Below are positions 18,583-26,500 of a stretch of 64,000 nt of DNA, piece after piece. Below the pieces are notes generated by a model, which was not told the DNA's origin, searched no databases, and saw only the letters and a list, made by a program, of their open reading frames with translations. Source of the DNA: Fidelibacterota bacterium (GTDB lineage Bacteria; Fidelibacterota; Marinisomatia; Marinisomatales; S15-B10); contig JBHIAI010000001.1 of the NCBI GenBank assembly GCA_046861655.1, positions 1-64,000 of the forward strand, in the 5' to 3' direction. The position numbers and the translations under genes were made by a program. Every line of letters starts with the position of its first letter. The stretch's first letter is position 1.

Positions 18583-20718
18583 ATGCTGAGTTTTCTTGAG
18601 GGACTTCACAAGACGACAGCACGGATTCTTGCCCTTTTTATCCTGGCCGTTGGACTTCCCTCGTTAATCCTTGGATACTTAGCCTTCCGGGGAATACGGA
18701 ACGACCGGGCTCGTTCGGAGCAGGAGCTCCTGGAGCTACACGAGAGAGCTGTTCAGACGATTGTGGATGTGGTAGAGAATGAGATTCGCCTGATTGAGCT
18801 GTTCATTGATAGACTCTATCAGCGTGGGGCCCCAGTGCTGGAGTCCGATTTCTTAGTGGTAGCGGAACAACTGAAACATTCAAGTCCCCTTGTGGGAGAA
18901 CCGTTTATCGTTCAGGGAGCGCAGGTGGCCTATCCCCTCTTCACCAGGGTCTTTACTGGGAATAGGACCTCTTTGCCGTTGGACAGAGCGGGATTTTTCC
19001 CGGAAAAGATTGAGGGGACCGCTCAAGCAGAGAACCTTGAGTTTCAGTCAGATCAGTATGGCGAAGCGGCGGGAGCATACGAGAAAGCGTTATCCGGAGT
19101 TACGGATGATCAGGCACGGGTCCGGATCCTTTTCGCTTTGGCACGCAACCAGAGGCGATCGGGGAACAAGAAAGCTGCGGGGAGGACCTATGAACGGATA
19201 GTCCGGAACTACCAGGGAACGAGCATTGGGGGCGGCATGCCTGCGGATCTCGCCGCCCGCTTGGAGTTGTGTAAGCTATCCCTGATGGACACTACGGGGG
19301 ACGGGGCCGAAAAGGCCGTTCGACTCCTTACCGACCTTTCAGCGGGAAAGTGGAGTTTACATAAGTCTCAATTCGCATTTGCTGTTGAGGAGGTCGATAA
19401 CATCTGGTCACGGCTTGTGGCAAAGCCTCAATCCTCTCTACCCGAACATTCCGTCAGATTCCAGGCACTCCAGCAGGAGATGAACACAAGGATTGCGTAC
19501 AACGAGAAGTTGCTCCTCTTTGAAGAAGGTTTGCTTGGATACATGGCAGATTCTCAAGAGCCAAATCGCCGGTTTTCTGTCAAGACTGGCCCTTATTCCT
19601 TTCCCGTGATGGCCATCCCGGCCCCAGAGGGCCATCCCCACGGGCCCAAGGTCATTGGAACATTGATCAACAACGGTGACGAACTCCTGGCTTTCCGTTC
19701 CATTTTTGCCAAAGTAGCTCTGCCGGTCAATTCGCTGTTACAGGTGACGAATCAAGGAGGAAACGTGATCGATGGATCTTCGGTTCCTGAAAAGGCCAGG
19801 AAAACGGTGGAGGCGAGATTTCCAGGCGATTTCCCACCGTGGACGATCACCCTTTATCAGAGGGATCCCGAACTATTCCAAGAGCTCCTGAGTTCTCGGA
19901 AGAGGATCTACGTGTTTGTTCTGGTTCTCGCGGCTGGTGTTCTCGTGTTCGGCAGTTTATTCGCTGTACGAATGATGGGCCGGGAGGTTGATCTGGCAAA
20001 ACTCAAATCGGATTTTGTTTCTACCGTCTCACACGAGCTGAGGAGTCCCCTTACATCCATTCGCCAATTATCGGAGATGCTCCAGGCGGGCAGGATACCC
20101 TCTGAAAAAAGGCGTCAGCAGTACTACGATACCATTGTGGAGCAGAGTGAACAACTGTCCCTGCGCGTGGAGAATATTCTCGACTTTGCGAGAATGGACG
20201 AAAGGAAGAAGCGACTCCAGTTGGAGGAGGTGGATGTGGGACAGTTCTTGCGGGAGCTTGTTGAACGCGTGCAGCACCAGGTACAGCACAAAGGATTTAC
20301 GATTCAGACGAACGTTGGAGATCAGCTTCCTTTGGCGAAGGTGGATCGGGATGCCATGGCCCAGGTGTTGATCAATCTCATGGACAATGCCATCAAATAT
20401 TCCGGAAGGTCTAGAGATATCGAGATCTCTGCCCGGGAAGATTCGGGTCACCTTCGGATTGATGTCAGGGATCATGGAATTGGTATTGGGAAGGAAGAAA
20501 TGAAAAAGGTGTTTGATCGGTTCTATCGGGGGACGAGGAATGGGAAACGTCCCACCAGAGGGACGGGTCTCGGACTGACACTCGTGAAGAGGATCGTGGA
20601 GGGACATCACGGTAGCGTGCAGGTGAAGAGTGAGCCGGGACGTGGAAGCACCTTTTCCGTCAAACTACCCCTTGAATCAGGCAAGGACACTGGAGATGCA
20701 ACGAATTCTCATCATTGA
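18583..20718 (+). CDS. Membrane sensor histidine kinase with large TPR-like periplasmic region
   Basis: Two TM segments; SHELRSPL, NLMDNAIKY, DHGIGI, GTGLGL. Confidence 0.95.
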   Translation: MLSFLEGLHKTTARILALFILAVGLPSLILGYLAFRGIRNDRARSEQELLELHERAVQTIVDVVENEIRLIELFIDRLYQRGAPVLESDFLVVAEQLKHSSPLVGEPFIVQGAQVAYPLFTRVFTGNRTSLPLDRAGFFPEKIEGTAQAENLEFQSDQYGEAAGAYEKALSGVTDDQARVRILFALARNQRRSGNKKAAGRTYERIVRNYQGTSIGGGMPADLAARLELCKLSLMDTTGDGAEKAVRLLTDLSAGKWSLHKSQFAFAVEEVDNIWSRLVAKPQSSLPEHSVRFQALQQEMNTRIAYNEKLLLFEEGLLGYMADSQEPNRRFSVKTGPYSFPVMAIPAPEGHPHGPKVIGTLINNGDELLAFRSIFAKVALPVNSLLQVTNQGGNVIDGSSVPEKARKTVEARFPGDFPPWTITLYQRDPELFQELLSSRKRIYVFVLVLAAGVLVFGSLFAVRMMGREVDLAKLKSDFVSTVSHELRSPLTSIRQLSEMLQAGRIPSEKRRQQYYDTIVEQSEQLSLRVENILDFARMDERKKRLQLEEVDVGQFLRELVERVQHQVQHKGFTIQTNVGDQLPLAKVDRDAMAQVLINLMDNAIKYSGRSRDIEISAREDSGHLRIDVRDHGIGIGKEEMKKVFDRFYRGTRNGKRPTRGTGLGLTLVKRIVEGHHGSVQVKSEPGRGSTFSVKLPLESGKDTGDATNSHH

Positions 20719-21376
20719 AGACGATGAGAGTATCCTCATGGGGTTGGAGGATGATCTGACCCTCGAAGGGTACGAGGTATTGACCGCTACGGATGGTGTA
20801 ACGGGACTGACCATGGCAAAAGAGAAGCCCCTTGATCTCATCATTCTTGATATTATGCTTCCAGGACTGGACGGGTTCGAGGTTTGCAAACAAATTCGGG
20901 GAGCACAAATCGTGACCCCCGTCTTGATGTTGACTGCCAGAGGACAGGAGGTGGATAAGGTCTTGGGCCTTGAACTTGGAGCTGACGATTATGTGACAAA
21001 ACCGTTCAGCCCTCGGGAGTTGCTTGCTCGCGTCAGGGCGATTTTTCGCCGGGTCGAGCGTACCCAACAAAAGGTTAAACTCTGCAGATTTGGTGACGTG
21101 GAGGTGGATTTCCGTAAGTACGAAGTGAAGAAGGGGAATCGGGCGGTTTACCTGACTTCACTGGAATTTGCTCTCCTCCGATTTTTCTGTGATCGGAAGG
21201 AGGAAGTCTTGAGCCGCGACATGATTCTCGATGAAGTCTGGGGGGAAGATGTGTATGTGACCAGCCGGACGGTGGACACCCACGTTGCCCATTTGAGAAA
21301 AAAAATTGAAGACAATCCGGCTGAACCCCGGCACATCCTGGGTGTACGAGGTGTGGGATATAAATTTCAAGCGTGA
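20696..21376 (+). CDS. OmpR/PhoB family response regulator
   Basis: IIEDD, ILDIMLP, GADDYVTKPF, RTVDTHVAHLRKK, GVGYKF; start ATG 20696 overlaps the kinase 3' end. Confidence 0.96.
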   Translation: MQRILIIEDDESILMGLEDDLTLEGYEVLTATDGVTGLTMAKEKPLDLIILDIMLPGLDGFEVCKQIRGAQIVTPVLMLTARGQEVDKVLGLELGADDYVTKPFSPRELLARVRAIFRRVERTQQKVKLCRFGDVEVDFRKYEVKKGNRAVYLTSLEFALLRFFCDRKEEVLSRDMILDEVWGEDVYVTSRTVDTHVAHLRKKIEDNPAEPRHILGVRGVGYKFQA

Positions 21377-21392
21377 GATAAGAGGACCGCAC

Positions 21393-23294
21393 GTGATCCT
21401 GAATCGCACGATTCTTGCTGTTGCCATGGCCATTCTTGCCGGTCTCATCCACGGGCAACATACGGCGGAAGAACTTTTGCACGCTGGTATGTACAGGGAG
21501 GAGGTGGAAGGGCATCTTGAGGGTGCAATTAAGATTTATGATGAGGTTCTGAAACAATTTCCATCAAATCGTCCCGCATGTGCGTGGGCTCAGCTTCACC
21601 TGGGGATCTGTTATGAGAAGTTGGGGGATGCTAGGGCAATTCGTGCATATGAGGAGGTTGTTCGATTGTATGCCGATCAACAGAATGCCGTGGAAATTGC
21701 GATGTCAAGGCTTGATGGACTTTCGCGTAAAACACCTGAGTACCCACCGCTGGTGGCCTACTACATTGACAGGGTGGGCATGGAGATGCTGGGAGCCCTG
21801 TCGCCTGATGGGAAATTGGAAGCGCACACCGATTGGACCACGGGGAACCTTTTCGTCAAGCATCGGGAAACTGGCGAGGTTACTTTCTTGACACACAAAA
21901 CATGGGATGATTCGCCCGAGTTTGCCTACTACAAAGTCTTTTCCCCTGATGGAAGGAAGATCGCGTATGGTTGGAGTCGGGGAGGGTGGTTTGTCGACCT
22001 CCGCGTGATTTCTGTTGACGGTGGAGATCCAGAGATCATTTTTCAGCGGGAAGGCTGGGGAGTGTTCCCTACCGATTGGTCGCCCGATGGGAAAGACATT
22101 CTGGTACGCATCACGGAGGAGGATTCGCAGGATCGTCTAGCGACTGTTTCTCTGGGGTCTGGCCACTATCGCGAATTGACTCTTCTTGCTCTGAACTCGC
22201 GGGGATTGAAGTTTTCTCCCGATGGGCAGTACGTCGTTTACGATCAGGGCATCGGTGACAAAAAACCAACTGAGCTTTACATCCTGTCTATGGAGGATCT
22301 GGAAAACCACAGGATCACTCCTAAACTAAGAGGCCATAAGAGCACGCCCATTTGGTCCCCTGACGGGAAACAGGTTCAGTTTCGATTGAAGACAGAGAGC
22401 GCAACGGCACTGATGTCCTTACCGATCTCAAACGGAAAACCATCAGGGGTTGCCTCGGTAGTTGAAATGGATATTCATGGTGCGATGCTTACAAAAGCGG
22501 GAATTGATCCTGCCGAGATTCTTAGGATGGTTCAACAAATGCGGAAACAAGCTTTGATGCAGGACAAGCCGTCGGTTGCCTTCTTCGATGAGGAGTTTGA
22601 TCCGCTGCAGTTAGATCCTGCATGGCAGGTCGTGGAATGGAAAGGACCAAACGCGTACGGATTTAAGAATGCCGGATGGGTATCTCTTACCGACAACCCC
22701 GGTCACCTTCGCTTTTACGTGGGTCCCATGACACAGCCCGCGGGTGCTGTGGCGCTCTTTGCCGGTCCCTCGGATTACTGGTACTATCCGGCACTTGAAC
22801 TTCGCCGTAAGCTTGGAGGTAGGAACTGGATTCTAGAAACAAAGGTTAACTATAACCTGCCGGCAGGCGCGGATAGTAGAGGAATTACTCTCAGGATCCT
22901 TATCAATCCAGAGGATGATACCAATGCTGCAAGTCTTGCCATCACAAGAGGACACACCTGGGGCAGAGACCCCAAAGGCTTTACAATGAGCTTTGGACAG
23001 AATGGCGAGGGTGGCGATCGTGCGAGCAAATATATCTCACTCCCGGGTGACACCGGCAAAAGACCGGGGTACACCTGCAGGTTTCGAATTTCGCGAACAG
23101 ATACAATGGTGGTTGTTGAAATGAGTGAAGATGACCATACTTACCAGCTCGTTCTGTCAGGCAAACTCCGCCCCGAAACCCCGGCTATGAACCAGCAGAT
23201 GGTTTTGAGTGGCACCAGCTGGTTCACGCCAGCTGGTTTCTACGCAGACTGGGACTTCTTTCGGTTCAGGCAGGTGGATACGCAGATGAAGTAA
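21393..23294 (+). CDS. Exported TPR + TolB/PD40 beta-propeller protein with C-terminal beta-sandwich
   Basis: Signal peptide after GTG 21393; TPR-like helices (AIKIYDEVLKQFP, AQLHLGICYEKLG); repeated (F/W)SPDG. Confidence 0.8.
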   Translation: MILNRTILAVAMAILAGLIHGQHTAEELLHAGMYREEVEGHLEGAIKIYDEVLKQFPSNRPACAWAQLHLGICYEKLGDARAIRAYEEVVRLYADQQNAVEIAMSRLDGLSRKTPEYPPLVAYYIDRVGMEMLGALSPDGKLEAHTDWTTGNLFVKHRETGEVTFLTHKTWDDSPEFAYYKVFSPDGRKIAYGWSRGGWFVDLRVISVDGGDPEIIFQREGWGVFPTDWSPDGKDILVRITEEDSQDRLATVSLGSGHYRELTLLALNSRGLKFSPDGQYVVYDQGIGDKKPTELYILSMEDLENHRITPKLRGHKSTPIWSPDGKQVQFRLKTESATALMSLPISNGKPSGVASVVEMDIHGAMLTKAGIDPAEILRMVQQMRKQALMQDKPSVAFFDEEFDPLQLDPAWQVVEWKGPNAYGFKNAGWVSLTDNPGHLRFYVGPMTQPAGAVALFAGPSDYWYYPALELRRKLGGRNWILETKVNYNLPAGADSRGITLRILINPEDDTNAASLAITRGHTWGRDPKGFTMSFGQNGEGGDRASKYISLPGDTGKRPGYTCRFRISRTDTMVVVEMSEDDHTYQLVLSGKLRPETPAMNQQMVLSGTSWFTPAGFYADWDFFRFRQVDTQMK

Positions 23295-23389
23295 CGCCCG
23301 CAGCCGTTTCCCTATCGCTTCCCACCAAGCCTCTTACATCTTTTGGACACCCTCCGCGTCTCCGTGGTGAGATAATTAAGCCAAGCGTA

Positions 23390-23455
23390 CTTCACGGAAT
23401 CTTCACACAAACTTCACGGGAACGTAACTCTGGCAAAGCTTCTTCCTCGTAAGCT
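23390..23455 (+). promoter_or_regulatory. Four-copy 11-bp-period direct repeat (response-regulator site) and -10
   Basis: CTTCAC at 23390, 23401 and 23412, CGTAAC at 23423; TAAGCT at 23450. Confidence 0.65.
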
Positions 23456-23507
23456 CAAGTGGCTGTCCAATAAATTGGTATGGCCATTGAATCGGAGGAT
23501 CGAAACA

Positions 23508-26500
23508 ATGAACAGTTTCCAAAACTTTATCATTAGAAAACAGTCATATGTTCTCTTAACAGTCTCAGTCCTAACAATGGTGTGCATATCGACCCTGATC
23601 GCAAAAGAGGGTAGGCAGGGACAAATTGAAGGTGTGACACAATCTTCTCTCACTAAGAATAATCCATTTGATCGTGTTGTCAAAGGGCAAGTGGGCGAAG
23701 TTCCTCAGCTCCCGAGCAGATTAGATCTGGACGCAATCGCTAAGGTACGTGAGAAGAGGCAGGCGGCTCATGGGATGAGTGATGGCATCCGCGAGCGAGA
23801 CAACCGGCCCCCCATGTTGGGCAAAAGCAAAACCGTTCCATCTGAACGGCAAACAGATGAGCTGGTTAAGATGAGGAACCCCTTTCGATGGTCTTTTGAC
23901 CGGGAGAGGGAAGAGAACAGATCTTTGTGGCAAACGACAGAACGGCCCCTCGGGGTGTTAGGAACCTTTCCTCCACTTTATTCCAGACGTGATTCCGATC
24001 GGCTTGGTGTGAGTGGTTTCGACGATGTGATTGATGTCAAGGTAAACGGCGTTGACTCGGACACCATCACGCAGGGCAATGACTTTGTGGTGACTGTTAC
24101 GTTTTCTACAGGGAGCTGGGACGGGTTTGGCGTTGGCTCGCCTTCCGTAATTGTGGACGGAAGCACCTACCATATGTGGTACGATGCCAACGACGGCACC
24201 ACTCCCCGTATAGGGCACGCGACCTCGTCCGATGGTGTCGCCTGGACGGAGGATGCTGGCAATCCAGTGCTGGATCTTGGAACTTCTGGATCGTGGGAGG
24301 ATGAAGCTGTCAATCAGCCATCGGTTTTCTTTGATGGTGCTACATACCACATGTGGTATTCGGGAGAAGACGGAAGCACTGGTCGGATCGGCTATGCGAC
24401 CTCATCCGATGGCGTCACCTGGACAAAGTATGCCGCCAATCCAGTTCTTGATGTGGGGACACCTGGAGCCTGGGATAGTTTGTGGGTTGCGGCTCCCATA
24501 GTAGTCTTTGATGGGAGCAGCTACCATATGTGGTACGTTGGCTTCGGCGGAAACAATGGTATTGGTTATGCTACCTCAGATGATGGAATTATCTGGACCA
24601 GATATGCAGGGAATCCGGTTCTCGAGCGTGGAACCTCAGGAGACTTCGATGACGGTTTCCTCTGGAGTCCCGAGGTTGTCTTTGACGGGACGACGTACCA
24701 CATGTGGTATACTGGCATAGATGGCGGCCACTGGGCCGTCGGGTATGCGTCCTCCACGGATGGCGTGACTTGGACAAAACACACAGATGATACTAATGGA
24801 CAGCAAACATGGAACCCTCAGGAGAGCGGAACTACTTCTGGTCTAAGCTCAGTTTATTTCGTTGATGACATGACAGGCTGGGCGGCCGGTGCCGGTGGGA
24901 CAATTCTCCACACTACGAATGGTGGAACCGATTGGGTTGCACAGTCGAGTGGTGCTGGTACTACAATAGATTTATCAATCACCTTTGTGGACGCCTCCAC
25001 CGGCTATGCTGTGGGGTCAGGTGGAATAATCCTCAAAACAACCGATGGCGGAAGTACTTGGATAGAGCAGTCGAGCGGGTCTTCGGAGAATCTCGGGGCA
25101 GTCTCTTTTGTTGATGCTTCCACGGGCTGGGTAGTTGGTTGGAATGGTACAATCCTCAAAACAACCGATGGTGGGAGCAACTGGTCTGCACAGTCCAGCG
25201 GAACCTCAAGCAAATTGTATTCAGTCCACTTTGTCAATTCCACCACTGGCTGGGCGACGGGAGATGGTGGAATAATTCTCAAAACAACCGATGGCGGAAG
25301 CACCTGGATCCAGCAGTCGCAACCCAGCGGGGTCTATTCGCTGTTCGGCGTTTATTTTGTGAACAGCTCCATGGGCTGGGCCGTTAGTGTAGGCGGGAAA
25401 ATTATCTCGACAACCGATGGCGGAAGTAACTGGAGCATTCAGTCAACCGGCCATCCAATCTTATGGTCAGTCCACTTTGTTAATTCCACCACTGGCTGGG
25501 TCGTTGGAGATGGTGGAACAATTCTTAAGACTACTGATGGTGGGGAACAATGGACGAGCCAACTCAGTGGAACCGACCGGTCTTTACGTAGTGTTTTCTT
25601 TACAGACTCCCAAACTGGGACTGCCGTGGGCGATCAAGGGACAATTCTACGCGCCACCACCGTCTTTTCAGTAAGTCCGGTCCTGGACGTGGGAGCACCG
25701 GGAACCTGGGACGAAGAAGGTGTTGGGTTTATGTTTGTACTGCTTAGCGAATCCACCTACCATATGTGGTATACTGGATGGGATAGCGATACATATACAG
25801 GTCACTTAGGCTATGCCACCTCAACAGATGGGGTGACGTGGACCAGACACACCGATAATCCTGTTCTTGATCCCGGAACACGCTCGTCCAGGGAAGCCGA
25901 TCTCACTGTCTGGATCGATATGGATGATGATGGTGTGCTGGATGAGTCAATCGATATTCAGATTGACGAACCAGATCACATCGTGGACAACAGCCCATTT
26001 GATGAGGACCCAACCGAAGGTATCTATCAGTTCACCGTTTCCGATGAAGATGAAGGGGACATCAACCGTGTGGGTAATATGGGGCTGTTCTTCAAGGCAG
26101 AGGATACTGGAGGTTCCGATGACGCCTTCCTTTTTCTGGAGCCTATGGTGTCTAATTATTCCGTTTCCGGAACGATTTCCCCGGCCGTTGAGAATATCGT
26201 GGTAGCAGCGATTCGTCCTATGGCCGACGACGAAGACGTATGGTACACGCTAACGGACGAGACAGGAGGTTACCAGGTTTTCTTGCCTGAAGCGGGGGTA
26301 TACTCCATAATAACGGCAGATTTCCTGGGGGCTACAGGAGGTATGTTCCCCGATAGAGGCTATTACAACGTCTACGTAGACGGTCATCTCACCGGCTATG
26401 ATTTCACCTACATTGCTGCCACCGCCTGGATCGAAGGAACCGTCACGGATGAGAACAGCAATCCCCTTCATGGAATAGAGGTCTTTGCCAGGATTGAGGA

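Noticed and set aside
24111..25878. Recurring DNA repeats (ACCGATGGCGGAAG, TACCATATGTGGTA) as a possible CRISPR array
   Set aside because: They are degenerate, in frame and encode propeller blades; there are no identical repeats with unique spacers and no cas genes.
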